A stretch of DNA of 64,000 bases, from the NCBI RefSeq assembly GCF_030684315.1, contig NC_081369.1, positions 9,896,035 to 9,960,034 on the forward strand, written 5' to 3'. This document shows positions 1 through 13,690 of the stretch, piece by piece. A program made the translations under genes and the position numbers. Within the stretch, counting starts at the first letter, position 1, and every line of letters begins with the position of its first letter. A model generated the notes under the pieces. The model was not told the origin of the DNA. It made no database searches and saw only the letters and a list, made by a program, of their open reading frames with translations. The stretch is from Stegostoma tigrinum. Its lineage: Eukaryota.

Positions 1-654
1 TGCAGGCCTTACTGCCTCCAGGTGACTGAACACGTTGGTTGCCAAAAATACCTTGGCAGATTCTTAGATGTACTAATTAAAACTTCTGATTCTGGATCAG
101 CGACCAGTTTCCAAGCTGTTATCCTATACCTGCACAACTGACAGCAATCTGGTAATGTGTAAAATCATCTGTGTAACCCTGGATAACAAAATTAGGAGAA
201 CACATGAAAAGAAGATGCCAGATCTGCCCACCAAGCCATTCAACGCAATGACTGCTGATTATACAGTGATCCCTTTCTTACTTTATCTAGCGGCTCCCCC
301 CTGTTTTTACCCCTTTGTTCTGAGGAGCTATATCTAACTCTGTTGAAAGGGGGCAGGGCGGTTAGGGTACTCAATGGGTACGATTGTACAGAACCAAGTG
401 AATAGGATGTCAGGTTGGCCAGTAATTTGGTTCCCTTCTCATAAGAATAAATGAGGTGCCAGGGGTAATCATACAAGATTATTGATTGCCAACTGGATAT
501 GGTGCCACGTGAGTAGGATGACAGCATGCCAGGTACATAAGGGTATCAAATTAATAAGGATTATGTTACCATGTGGACAGCTCCAGAGGAACGAGAATGG
601 GAGGCAACTTCCAGGCTGCAACTTGGAAACTGGGACAGTTAAATTTACCTTTTT

Positions 655-780
655 TTTCATTCACAGGATATCAGTATCTCTGGCATTGCAAACATTTAAT
701 GCCCACCACTAATTGCTAAAAGGGCAGTTGGAACGTCAACCACATTGCTGTGGCTCTGTAGTCACATGATGGCCAGATGC
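655..780 (-). mobile_element. SINE fragment (same family as 26280-26635)
   Basis: Shares 'gccc..cctaattgc...gtcaaccacattgctgtgg.tctg.agtcacatg.aggccaga' with the full copy at 26280-26635. Confidence 0.6.
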
Positions 781-1189
781 TACTAGCGTTAATTGGAAAG
801 GTTTAACGTGCATTCCCAGCAGGGGATTTTAACCTTTGTTTCTAAGGATGTCTTGAGACCATTCCATTTATCCAAGTTAACTACGCCATCAGGGATAGAT
901 CTGCGAGCTGTTTGCAAGTTCTGTGTTACAATTTAAACACAAACCCAATATTACTTTGCTCATTTGAAACTTTAGCAGGAGACAGCCCAGTGCATTTAAG
1001 TCAAGACACTTTACTTCGAAAAAACAGGACGAAATAATTCATGGGCATTCTAAAGCCCTTGCTTTCTGATTCAGTTTAGGCTTCAGTGATGACATATAAT
1101 TTCAGATCTCCCTTGCATGCATGATCTTCTATATTCAACTGAACAGCAGGATAATTTCAATCGTTGCGCATCTTTGTCACTGAAAACAA

Positions 1190-1325
1190 CTAAAACCCAA
1201 AAGAACTGTGGATGCAGTAAATCAAGAACAAAAACAAAGTTGCTGGAAAAGTTCGCAAGTCTGGCAGCATCTGTGGAGGAGAAAACAGAATTAACGTTTC
1301 GGGTCTGGTGACCCTTCCGCAGACC
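1190..1325 (-). mobile_element. Penelope-like 3'-end fragment with degenerate hammerhead core
   Basis: Minus strand ctgcggaagggtcaccagacccgaaacgttaa...cagatgctgccagac, matching the other Penelope termini in the window. Confidence 0.65.
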
Positions 1326-1919
1326 CGTCCACTGAAAACAACTGCTTATTAACTCTGTCCAAGTCACAACCACAACCAGATAAATATCATAACGTACTGA
1401 ATGATCTCGGTTGTGCAGACTTTGTTTTGGTAATTTGTTTAAGAAACATACATTCAATGACTAATTGGCTCTTAAGGATGCTATCACTGGCCTCATGTCA
1501 CTGCCAGCCATCTCCTGATTGGTTCCTTGAGATGCTACTTATACACTACCCAACTTTTTCATTAAGCTTTGTTACTACCATTTTTAGTAAGAAGAGGATA
1601 ATTTATGATACTTTCTTTGTGCATCTATTTAAGGGAAGGAGATGCATCCCATTGAGACTGAATAGTCAAAAGCTGCTCACGACCTCAAAACTATATAACA
1701 TTCATATCGTGTCGATCACAGTGTGCTAATCTAATCAAATTATTACAGACAGTGCAAAAAATGCGAAGTGGTGAAATGTTATTGCACGTTTTATGCCTTG
1801 CGCAATCGTCCATAATTTAAGTTTAAATGATTGCATACGTTCAAACTTCAACGCACATGGTTACATAATTATCTCATACAAAAGTTTTGTTTAGTCTAAA
1901 TATAAGTTTAGTCACTTAC

Positions 1920-1974
1920 GATAGCTACACACATGAAATAAATTAAAACAAAGCAGGGGCACCCCTGCAACCAT
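1920..1974 (-). CDS. Signal-peptide (leader) exon of a probable IgSF receptor paralog; rest of the gene probably lies left of the window
   Basis: Minus strand reads gaaatc ATG GTT GCA GGG GTG CCC CTG CTT TGT TTT AAT TTA TTT CAT GTG TGT AGC TAT C|gtaagt = MVAGVPLLCFNLFHVCSY, then a phase-1 consensus donor. It is 55 nt, the same length and phase as the leader at 14523-14577. Confidence 0.6.
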
Positions 1975-4900
1975 GATTTCCAGTAACTCTTTGTTGCCTT
2001 CTTAAAACTCAATACGGGCCTAAGAAACTGAAATGAGATTAACACGAACTTTCTCAACCTTGAAAGCAGCACGTTCTTAACAACAGCAAATGCGAATGAA
2101 TCAGTAAACTGGTGACCTTGACTCTAAAACATAACGTATCATCTTCAATCTGTTCAGAATCTTCTGGAGTATTTCTTCAATTCTTGGCTTTGGCTAAGGA
2201 AGTCAGGTGATATTATATTCTAAAATTTGCACTGAATGCAGTTAAACTAAAAATGTATGCATTATTAGATTAATAAATTAAAATTCTTTGGGTGCAAGAT
2301 TGTCAATGACCTAAATCAGTTAAGAAATGCTAGTTTGCCTGTCAATTCTCTAAGAGAGAACGACCCTGTCCTGACCTCATCCCTAATAATCAAAATGTCG
2401 CAGATTCCCTTGCCGTGGCAGGGTTGGATGGAATTATTTACATAGAGCTGTTGTGGAGACCTAAAACTGAAGAGGGTAACGCCCATTGGACTGTGTGGCA
2501 CCAACAGCCTTGCTGAATGGTCAGTATACTGAACACAGCCAGCAGCTCAAATCTTGGTATCCAAAACATGCTTTGGATTTGCAGATGCATTAGTGTTGTA
2601 TTTAACTGCAATCCATAATATTATGGCCCTGCATATCCTTAACAATTATATTGCTATCAATTTAAAAAGAAATGTGTTGCAATGTGCAACACAGTAGTGT
2701 AGGCCAGGAGCATAAACAAGTTACCTAACACAGAGTATCCTCTGGGCAAAACGGCAATGCAGGTTTATGTGTGCATTATACAGTGGGCACGTAAACAGTT
2801 AACTGGTCCCACAATAGATGAATCTGATCGCAGTTCACTAGTCTTTCCAACACTATTTGTAAATGTTCATGGACAAACAACCAAGTAATAGTAAAAGGAG
2901 GCTGCACTAACCTCTTCGTCAATGATCCACCAGCCAACATTCCACAGTAAAGCCTATAGATATTCAAAGTGTAGGGCAATGTGAAGTGGTGCTGATGGAG
3001 AGAGGGGTTTAAGAGTGTGCATGTGGTGGGGCATGGCACTGACTGTGGACGTGAGATGAGGTAGAATCAGCTGAATTTATTGCCGACCACTTCTCCAGCG
3101 CTTCCCCAAGATTTAGGGAGGATTAAAACACTATAGTAGCCTTCACCACCACCCCGCACCGCCTCCCCCGCTTCATGTCCACCCTCCCTTGCATTTGCAG
3201 TCCAAGAAGCAAGCCATCTAAACCAAGCACCCAAACACACTTCGGGCAAACAGCCTTCCCACTGTATCCTGGCCAGACCATTTCACACAATTTATTCATT
3301 CTACCCTCTCTACTTCTGCATATTGTTGGTTCGCAACATCTGCTGAGATTAACATCAGTCAAAATATGCATTAGTTTCTCTAACTTTTCATGTGGTCTCT
3401 CAGTATAATTCGCTGAAATATGCCAACAGCTACCAAGAAATGTTTTGGCATCTTCTCACTAATTAAAGGTTGTAGAAGACATTTCAGTTCTATTTTCTTT
3501 CAACAACGATTCAATAGACTGTCTTTGCCAGTATTATTTTCACCTCCAGCTTCGCTATTATTTTACTATGCTTGGTCTATGGAGATATTTCTGACTATGT
3601 GAATTGTAATACTTGTATATATGTTCTCTTATGTTAATGTGTGCCTGACTGCCGACTTGAGCCGGTGAATCCTGCAAATTCCTATTCAGCCATCGTCTCT
3701 TTGTTGGCTTAACTACATTGGCTTCTGATCTAGCAACGACTTTATTTTAAAATTCTCGTCTCTGATTTTCAAATTCCTTTCATACCGTGTTTTGCTTTAA
3801 TTCTCATCTCTAGTTCAGCTCCAATTTTCAGCATTTGCGGATATACCCTGGGGTGCAAAAGCCCAAAGTTCTGTAATTCAATCCCGAAAAATCTGCCTGT
3901 CTGCTCTTTTAAACCTGCCATTTTATCAAGCACTGGTATTTGATGTTATTGATAACGTTCCCTGTGAAGTGCCTGATGAAACTTAACATACGCGACATAA
4001 TTATTTTACTGTTACATGCGTGAATATGCGACGATTTGTTTTCGCCTCAAATCGTCCTTTTCTTTTTAAGTTCTTATCACTTGTCATTTATTCCATTCTG
4101 ATTAAAAGTTTTGGCCCCAGCGAAATCTATCTTTGGCAGTTTTATATAAGACAATTGTTGGCGTTCAAGTGTGAAATCTTGCAACTTATCTACTAAAATA
4201 GGTTACAAATTCTAGCTCGTTTTTATATTCATTCAGTTATTTATTACAGTCATTTGGAGATCAGAAGTTCGTCATTGCCTAATAGTAAAATGGAAATACT
4301 TGTGGTTTGACGCTGTGTGCATCTCAGCATGTGCTCCTTAACGCCTGGCTCATGTTACCTTGTTTGAAGCTCGGAAGAAGTATAATTTAAGAAATGTAGT
4401 TGTAATTTCACATCTGTCAGCCAAGCATTTCTGCAATCGCTCTTTAAAGTCCACGTTTAGCAATTCTTCAGCGTGCTGATTCGAAAAAGCAATATGCAAA
4501 ACCATTGTCCCGATGTCAACTCAGTCAGTATTGTCATTATGAGTTTGTTGTTCGCTCAATGCCCGCTGCGGCTTCATTCTGGGCCGTTTACCTTACAGGT
4601 GCTGTCAGTGTTGTTTCACATCGCCTTACATTTCCATTTACTCCTCCATTTATAGGGTCAGAAGTCAGGTTCCAAGTTTAATTAAAACAGAATGGAAATC
4701 AGGCCATGTGAATTGCCTACTGACAATCATTTTAGGGAAAAATATTTTATATTCCTGTGAGAACATCCAGCAAAGAATCAGTTCCGTTTTTCTTTCGAGG
4801 CAATCACTGAGCAAATGATTACATCCAGAGAACTAAATTCTTCTTTATTACGTTACATCTTGCCAGAAAACATTTGGAAAAATGACAGTCATATCCAGTT

Positions 4901-5384
4901 TTAATGAGAAATAAAACTAAGACTCAAAAATTTCTCAGTGAAATGAAATGTCGAATATTTTAGATTGCACATTCCAAAGGAATGCTCCATCTGTGGTAGA
5001 AAATAACATAATACAATTCAACAGTTAATTTTCTGCAGCGCGTTTTGCAGCCACTTGAGCTACCAAAGTGCTGTAGAGCTAGCTAGGCACGTTTGATAAG
5101 CCTACATTTGTTATGTTGTCACTGTCATGCTGGAAACATAGTGCTCACGCTGCACATAAAAAAAAGCCACAAGAACGGAACCATTATAGTGAGCAGATAA
5201 CATACTTCAGCGAGGGTAGTTGAAAGATGAGTATTAGCCAGGACACAGGCAATGCGATGAGTGATTAGCTAAACATCTTTCATTCACGTCTTTTTGAATT
5301 TTACAAGAGGACACAGTAATGGTATGTCATAGTAAGTATACCAGTAACTGATTACTATGCAACGCAGAAGATACATAACTCAAC

Positions 5385-6240
5385 GGTAGCAAGAACTGCA
5401 GATGTCAGAATCAGAGATTACGAAGTGTTGAGCTGGAGGAACATAGCAGACAAGGCAGCACCAGCGGGACAGGGAAGCTGACATTTCTGGTCGGGACCGT
5501 TCTTCAGAAATGGAGACGGGTGCTCAGAAATAAAAAGCGAGAGGAACGGTGGGGCCAGGGATGGCAGGTGGGATGGTGATAAATGAATGCATATAGACAG
5601 TAATCGGGATTGGTTAGTGAGCTGCGAGTGCCCGATAGGTGAAAGAGAAAGAGACATGTCAGGAGGTGCGTCTGGTCAAGGATACTGGGAGGGGAGGGAG
5701 GGTTGATCATGGGGTGAGGCGTGGAGGTGGGAGCAGTTTTGAAACTGGTAAAATACACATTCAGGCCATCGGGCTTAGGATCCCAAGGCGGGATATGAGG
5801 CACAGTTCCTTCAGTTTGCTGCTGTCTTCATTGTGACGCTAGAGAAGACATGTTACTCTGGGTGTGGGAGGGGGAATTAAAACGTTTCGCGACCGAAAGG
5901 TAGTATTGTTTGCCGAGTATAGAGTGCAGATACTTAACAAAACAATCTCCGAGTCCGCACTTTGTCTCACCGACGTAGAGAAGGCCACATTGGATGCAGC
6001 GGATGCGGTAGACGAACTTAACAGATGTGCAGGTGAACCCATGTCTGATGTCGAAGGTTTGTTTTCTGCCTCGAACGGAGGTGAAGGGGTATGTGTTAGG
6101 GGCAAGTGTAGCACTTCCCGGTTGCAGGAAAAGGTGCCTGGGATGGTGGAGTTAGTGGAGTCAGTGGGGCGTGTGGAGTGGGCGAGGGAGTTGAGGAGAG
6201 AGCAGTCCCTACGAAAGGCAGACAGCGTTGGGAGATAAAT
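5385..6240 (-). mobile_element. Degenerate Penelope-like element, 3' part (GIY-YIG region plus terminus)
   Basis: Minus-strand translation LSAFRRDCSLLNSLAHST..PGTFSCN matches the 14.7-17.3 kb ORF. Terminus ctgaagaacggtcccgaccagaaatgtcagc. Confidence 0.85.
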
Positions 6241-6289
6241 ATACAATCCGGCCTCACAACGAAACATATGTTTCCGTGGCCGATCCCCC

Positions 6290-6960
6290 GACTTGATGTT
6301 AATAACTGGTTGGGAGAATATGCTGGGCCATAAAGTTGTAGATTGTGTTGCAGTGCAATTCTGCTGCAACTCCTGGAGGCCCAGAATAAGTTGCTGGATC
6401 TGTTTAAAATCTGCATGCTTTGAACAGTGATAGTACCACCCAACAAATGGAGGATATTCTCAATGTGCAGTGGTTACTCATACCAGTACTGTCATGGACA
6501 GATGCATCTGCTGCTAACAGATTAGTAAGGATGAGATCAAGTATTATTGATCCTCCTTTCTTGGTTCCCCCACTATCTGCCACAGCCCGAGGCTAGCAGT
6601 TATGTCTTATTGGACCCAACCAGCTAGATCAGTAGTGCTACTTCAGAGCCACTCTTGGTGGTCAGCGTTGAAATTCACAACCTGGAGTATATTTTGTGCC
6701 CTTCCCACCCTCATTTCTTCTTTCAAGTATTGTTCAATGTGGAGGAGCACTAATTCATTAGTACAGAGAGGATGGCTTGTGATAAACAGCAGGAGGTCCT
6801 TGCCCATGTTTAACCTGAAGTGATTATACTTCATGGGGCCCAGAGTCGAAGTTGAGGGCTCCCAGGTCAATCTCACGCCCCATCCCCGGCTGCATACGAC
6901 AGCGCCACCGACTCTGGTGAGTCTATCCTCCTAAAATATTTTTCAACATAAGCTGTCAAC
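6290..6960 (-). mobile_element. Non-LTR retrotransposon endonuclease-domain fragment (CR1/L2-like), copy 1
   Basis: Minus-strand peptide ...RAQNILQVVNFNADHQEWL resembles the APE-endonuclease GDFN motif region. Confidence 0.6.
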
Positions 6961-7016
6961 ATAAGCTGTTGACAACTTTTGCGTGATAGAGACAGCCAAT
7001 TAATGCCGATAACTTC

Positions 7017-7244
7017 ATAGATAGTAGGAACTGCCGATGCTGGAGAATCTGAGATAACACGGTGTGAAGCTGGATGAACACAGCAGGCCAAGCAGCATCA
7101 GAGGAGGCGGAAAGTTTGATGTTTCAGGTCGAGACCCTTCTTCAGAAAAAGAAGAAGGGTCTCGACCCGAAATGTCAAGCTTTCCTGCTCCTCTGATGCT
7201 GCTTGGCCTGCTGTTCTTATCCAGCTTCACGCAGTGTTATCTCG
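7017..7244. mobile_element. Palindromic mini-element made of two inverted Penelope 3' termini
   Basis: Inverted repeat centred at ~7148 (…gagacccttcttcag aaaaa gaagaagggtctc…). Flanked by gataa[c/t]ttc at 7008-7016 and 7245-7253. Absent from duplication copy 2 (~11450). Confidence 0.85.
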
Positions 7245-7844
7245 GATAATTTCCTGTTCGTTTTTTTAGCGGTATTGGTCAAAGAATAATCATCAGTTCA
7301 GAAAGCGAGAAAAACTTCCTCCTATTCCTTCAAGTGATGAGTGAGATTTTTTTAAAACCATGATGTCCTTGTAGGATCAATATTCTGTACAAAGCAGAAG
7401 TTGTTTTACATTACTCAACATTTAATCTTGAGACCTTTAATAGAGAAAATACTATTCAATTCTAGAAATCAAAACAAAAATCAAATACTTTATTCTGAAC
7501 TCGATAATGCTAGGAAACACAACTAATGTGAATCTGCTAACATTTGTAAGCATGATTCCCTAACTCCCAGCAACTACCATTTCATTTCTGCACGTGACCT
7601 TCGCACTGCCCTCTCGGTTCTTGGTGTGTCGCTGAGTTCCAGTAATGTTCATTGATAGCTACAGGAGCAGTACCTTTTTGTCCCAGTCGGGACTTTAAAT
7701 TCTGACAGACTAACCACTACACGCGGCAGTGAAATGTCACTTGATCAAGTATAGCGTGCGAGATTCAAGATTCCAGATCTGTTATGGGCTCATTGAAACA
7801 AAGAACTCTTACTCCTGCGTGAAGAACAACCAAAGAACAAAGTA

Positions 7845-9040
7845 CCTGGACTTTCAGAAAGCCTTTGGTAAAATCCCATATAGGAGATTGGTAAGCAAAA
7901 TTAGGGCACATGGTATTGGGAGCAAAATACTGACTTGGATTGAAAATTGGTTGGCTGACAGAAAGCAAGGAGTACTGATAAATGGGTCCCTTTCAGAATG
8001 GCAGGCAATGACCAGTGGGGTACCACAAGGTTCAGTGTTGGGACTGCAGCTGTTTACAATATACATTATACAGATGATATAGATGAAGGCATTAAAAGTA
8101 ATATTAGCAAATTTGCTGATGACAAAAAGTTGGGTGGCAGTGTGAAATGTGAGGAGGATGTTATGAGAATACAGGGTGACTTGGACAGGTGAGGTGAGTG
8201 GACGGATGCATGGCAGATGCAGTTTAATGTGGATAAATGTGTGGTTATCCACGTTGGTGGCAACAACAGGAAGGCAGATTACTATCTCAATGGAATCAAG
8301 TTGGGTAAAAGGGAAGTACAACGAGATCTAGGTGTTCTTGTACATCACTCAATGAAAGCAATCATGCAGGTACAGCAGGCAGTGAGGAAAGCTAATGGCA
8401 TGCTGGCCTTCATAACGAGAGGAATTGAGTATAGAATCAAAGAGGTCCTTCTGCAAATGTACAGGGCCCTGGTGTGACAGCACCTGGAGTATTGTGTGCA
8501 GTTTTGGTCTTCCAATTTGAGGAATGACATTGTTGCTATTGAGGGAGTGCAGCGTAGATTCACGGGGTTAATTCCCGGAGTGGCAGGACTATCATATGTT
8601 GAAAGATTGGAGCGACTAGGCTTGAGTTCAGAAGGATGAGAGGGAATCTGATTGAGACTTAAAAGATTATTAAGGGATTGGACACTCTGGAGGCCGGAAG
8701 CATGCTTCCACTGATGAGTGAGTCCAGAACCAGAGGACACAGTTTGAGAATAAGGGGTAGACCATTTAGTACAGAGTTGAGGAAGAATTTCTTCACCCAG
8801 AGAGTGGTGGATATATGGAATGCTCTGCCCCAGAAGACAGTGGAGGCCAAGTCTCTATATACTTTCAAGAAAAAGATGGATAGGGCTCTTACAGATCATG
8901 GAATCAAGGGTTATGGGGATAAGGCAGGAGCAGAATACTGATTGTGGATGTCAGCCCTGATCATAATGAATGGTGGTGCTGGCTCGAAGGGCCAAATGGC
9001 CTACTCCAGCACCTATTGTCTATTGTCTATTGTCTATTGT
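7845..9040 (+). mobile_element. 5'-truncated CR1 LINE (RT C-terminal half, inactivated)
   Basis: YLDFQKAF, GVPQGSVLG, SKFADD, MQFNVDKC, RTRGHSL motifs with frameshifts and stops. (ctattgt)n 3' tail at 9012-9040. Absent from duplication copy 2. Confidence 0.92.
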
Positions 9041-10519
9041 CAAATCTCTAATCGTTAATGCCAATGTGGCTCATTAAAATAAAAAGACAACAGATACTGC
9101 AAGATCATGAATATACTTAAAATATTTAACATTTAATGTAATGTCTCCAAATTCGGGATTTGCATTCCACCAGTTAAAATTTACCTTTGTATGAGATGTT
9201 ATTGACACCTGACCTGATATTAAGCCCCTTGTTAGTCACAACCACGTGTGGGAAATTGTCGTGCGGCTTTGTTCTTCACGTTGGAAATTTCTGCAGTAAT
9301 TGAGGGAAGCACCACAAATAATTGCGAAATACATTTGCGCCTGTGTGTGGCCATTCATTTCTGCTCAAGTGGTATTCACCTTTAACTTCTTTCGAAGTTC
9401 TTTATTGTAAGTCGGCACATGGATAATAGTGTCATAAAAAATGTCAAAACCTCGCCTATTACTGGGATATCATGTGAGGAAACAGTTGAAGTAACCAATC
9501 ATTCTTCAGCACCCAAATTGCCAGCCGAAATTCGTTGCTTTAGAACAAGCCGAAGCCATAAGGAAGTTCACATGTCTAAGTCAATATTAAAGACCTCACA
9601 GTTATGGGTAGTATGTATCATGAACCAATTATTCGTATAACAAAACTCTGTTCTGAATTAGTTAAAATTTGAGGTCACCTTGTGTTTCTGAACATCTGTC
9701 ACCCAAAGGAGTTCTTACGTTACAATGATAATCTCCCCACCTCCGAGCCAACAGAGTCGTCACACACACGGTATTAATGAATCATAACGTCTCTAAACCG
9801 GTTGATTAGAAAATAGCAAGACCTGACACCTTTCCTACCTCACATTAACATGAACAACGAGGATTCGCCCAAGAGTAGTAAGGGATGGCCAACAATCCTG
9901 CCTTGCTTCTAATGTTCACAATACTAGTTTTAGAAAGCAAACGGACAGAATGATCCACGTTTTAACGGTTGGCAAGAGAAAGAGAGATGTACTGAAAGTA
10001 AAGCTTAAGGGTATGTTTACAATATTTTAAAGATGGGAGGCAAGTGGTTCATACAACATAAGGCAATTAAGTTATATTAAACTAGCCTCAGCTTTGAGAC
10101 GTATGTTCAACACTGAGGGATGCCGAGGCCTTCGAGCGGATGTTAGAAGATATTTATTAGAATAATATTCGGGTTGAGAAACTTCAGTGACGTGGAGGAA
10201 GTGGTGTTATTCTTGATCGAGAACTTCAGCGACATTCAAGATTGGAAAACGTTTCGTGGCATAAACTGGGATAAAGGCTTGACTGGCATAAACTAATTAG
10301 GATAAAACATATTCTGTCAGATAATCCAGTAACCCGAGGACAGGTTGTTAACAGACCCAGAGGCTTTTGAATTACACAGTCGCAATGAGCCTGTTCCGCT
10401 CTTCCAATATTAATGTTGTGGGTATTTGTGAAGCCTCCTCCTTGTGGAGTGAATTGCGTAATTGTCCACCACAATTTATGCCTGGATGTGGCAGGATTGC
10501 GGAGCTTCAATCTGATTTG

Positions 10520-11400
10520 GCGGTTTTGGCATTACCTATCTCTGTCTATCATTTGCTGCTCCCACTGTATGACATGCAAGTATTCCTGTTTGATAGCTTC
10601 ACCAGGTTGGTGCCTCAATTTTAGGTATGCCTTTTGTTCCTCCTCGTGCACTCTCCCGCACTGTCCATTCAACAGCGTCAATCCTTAGCTTAATGTTAAT
10701 AACTGAGAAGGAGAATATGGCAGACCATCGAGTTAGATTGCGCACTTGCACATTTCAGTTGTTATTGACGCCCTAGACCGCCTCATGGATACCCAGACTT
10801 ACATTTCTAGATCTGTTCTATTTAGCACTGTGAAAGATCCACATCACAAGTTGGAGGGTATTATCAATGTGTAGGTGGGACGACGTTTCCACAAGGAGTG
10901 CGCAGTGGTCACTCGTACCAATGCATTCGTGGACCGGTGCATCTGCTACTAGCAGATTGGTAAGGGTGGGGTCAAGTATTATTTCCCCATACCCCTCCCC
11001 CGCTTTATGGTTCTTCAACTATCTGCCACAGTTCTAGACTAGAAGTTATGACCTTTCGGATCCGGCCAGCACGAACAGTAATGCTACTGCAGAGCCACTC
11101 TTGGTGGTCAGCATTGAAATCAATCACCTGGTGCACATTTTGAGCCCTTGCCACTCTCAGTTCTTCTTTCAAGCATTGTGAAACATGGAGGAGCACTGAT
11201 TCATTAGTACAGAGAGGATGGCATGTGATAAACAGCAGGAGGTCCTTGCCCACGTTTAACCAGATGTGATGATACTTCATGGGGCGCAGAGTCGAAGCTG
11301 AGATCTCCCAGGTCAAGTCCACCCCGACTGCATACGACAGCACCGCCAACTCTGCTGAGTTTATCCTGCCAAAATATTTTTCAATTGTAGCCGCAATTGT
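10520..11400 (-). mobile_element. Non-LTR retrotransposon endonuclease-domain fragment, copy 2
   Basis: ARAQNVHQVIDFNADHQEWL..TVRAGR and 'IGTSDHCALLVET' (APE SDH motif). Confidence 0.65.
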
Positions 11401-13690
11401 CATCAGCTGTTGACAACCTGCGCACGATAGAGACTTACAATTAACACATAATTTCCCAGTGTTTTTTTTAGCAGTACTGGCTAAGTTCAGAAAGCAAAAA
11501 CAACCTTCCTCTTATTCCTTCAAGTGACGGGTGAGATTTTTAAAACATGATTTTCTTAAATAATCAATATTTTGTACAAAGCAGATGCTGTTTAACATTA
11601 CTCAACATTGAATCTTGAGGCCTTTAATAACGAAAATGCTATTCAACTCCAGAAAACAAAAAAAAGTCGAATACTTTATTCTGAACACAATAATTCTAGG
11701 AAACACAACTGATGCGAATGTACTAATATTTGTAGGCACGATCCCTTAACTCTCAGTAGCTACCATTTCAATTCTCCACTTGACCTTCACACTGACCTCT
11801 CTGTGCTCGGTATATCGCTGTGTTCCAGTAACGTTCGGTGATATCTGGACGAAGAGCGCATTGTTGTCCGATTAAGGACATTACATTCTTACGGACTAAG
11901 CGCTGAGTTTATCCGCTCTTGAAAGCAATCTTGCGTTTTGTTTCTCATATTACAACAGTGTACCTGTTCAAGGGCACGCATTCTGTTTCTTTTTTTATTT
12001 TCTCTTCGCGCATTGCCTTCTATTTGGCTATGTACGAGGAAATCTCCAAATGTCCATCACTTCTGTGTTCCCCCTTTCAAAAGCCTCCTTATGCGCGATT
12101 TTTAACTCTCTGTCTAAACTTGTTACGCTTTTGAACTTTACGAATTTCTAATGAAAGATTGCTGTTCTTGGAAAGTTACTCGGATTCTTCTTCCACCTGT
12201 GCTGTCTGATCTGCTGAGCGTTTGCACTTTCTGGTACATTGCACGCAGCAGGGAAATGGCACTTGATCACATATCAAGTGCAAGATGTCAGATTCCAGAT
12301 CTGTTATGACTTCATTAAATGGAGAAAAACCTGGGAGTGTTACACACAGAAGTCTTATTTCTGTGTGACGATGCATAACGAAATCTCCAGTCATTAACCC
12401 CAATGTGGCTCATAAAAGAGTCAACAGATACTGAAAGATCATGAATGTATTTCAAATATTTAATTTTTAATCTCCATTTTCGGGTTTTCATTCCACCAAT
12501 TTAAATTTACCTTTGTATGAAATCTTACTGACACCTGACCCTGCTATTGCGCTCTTTACTACTTAGTGAGAATTACCCGTTGTAAATCGTCGTGCGGTTG
12601 TGTTCTTCAAACACCACAAATAATTACGACACATATTTGCGCCTGTGTGTGACGATTTATTTCTGCTCCAGTTTTATCTATATTTAATTTCTTTGGAAGT
12701 CTGCCCAAGGAAAACGGTGTCATACTTAGATGTCACATACTCGTAAATTATTAGGATATCATGAGGGGAAGCAATTAAAGTGACCAAACATTCTTCAACA
12801 ACCAAATTGTCAACCGAAATTCACTGCTTTAGATCAAGCCTAGGCGAAGAGGAGTTTCACATGCCTGTGGCAATAGTAAAGATCTCACAGTCATGATTAG
12901 AGAGTATAATGAACGATTTATTAGTATAATTTGCAGAACTCTGACCTGAGTCAGTTAAAATGTGAGGTCACCTTATGTTTCCGTGCCGGACCTGTCACCA
13001 GAGGGGTTCTTGTGCTGCAGTGATAGTTTGCCCACTTCTGAACCAACGGAGCGAGGTGAAACAGGCTGCAGTCATGAATCATAACTTCTCTAAACGGGTT
13101 GATTGGAAAATAACAAAACCTTCCGCCTTTCCTGCTCCACATTAAGATGAACAACGATAATTCGCTCATAGATAATTAGGAATGGACAACAATAACGGCT
13201 TGCTTCTAATGTTCATAGGACCAGTTATTTTTTTTAAAAAAGCAAACAGAATGATTCACGTTTTAATGTTAGACAAGAGAGTAGAGATGTACTTGGAAGT
13301 GAAGGTCTAGGGTGCGTTTGCAATATTTTGAAGGTGGGAGACAAGTGGCTCATAAAACATAAGGCAAGTAAGTTATGTTAAAACTAGTCCCACCTTTGAG
13401 ATGCATGTTCAACTCTGAGGGATGTCAAGGCCTTAAATTGGACGTTAGAAGCCAATTGTGGGAATGTTATTGCGCATGAGAAACTTCAGTGGTGTGGAGG
13501 AAATGGCGTTATTCTCGATCGAGATTGGCGGCATTCAAGATTGCGAAACGTTTTCGTGGCTTAAGCTAGCAGCAAGGTTTAGAAGACATAAAACAATTGG
13601 GATAAAACGTATTCTGTCAGATAACCCAGTAAGTGGAGAACAGATTATTAAAAGGCCCAGAGGTTTTTGAATTTCTCAGTCGCCATGAGT
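10905..13690 (+). repeat. Segmental tandem duplication, copy 2
   Basis: Colinear with 6475-10390 minus the copy-1 insertions. Carries its own extra segment at ~11915-12240. Confidence 0.9.

Larger units (their letters stand above)
6475..10390 (+). repeat. Segmental tandem duplication, copy 1 (copy 2 at ~10905-13690)
   Basis: Colinear similarity, e.g. 6541-7010 vs 10975-11450, 7255-7700 vs 11455-11900 and 9040-10390 vs 12375-13690. Confidence 0.9.
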
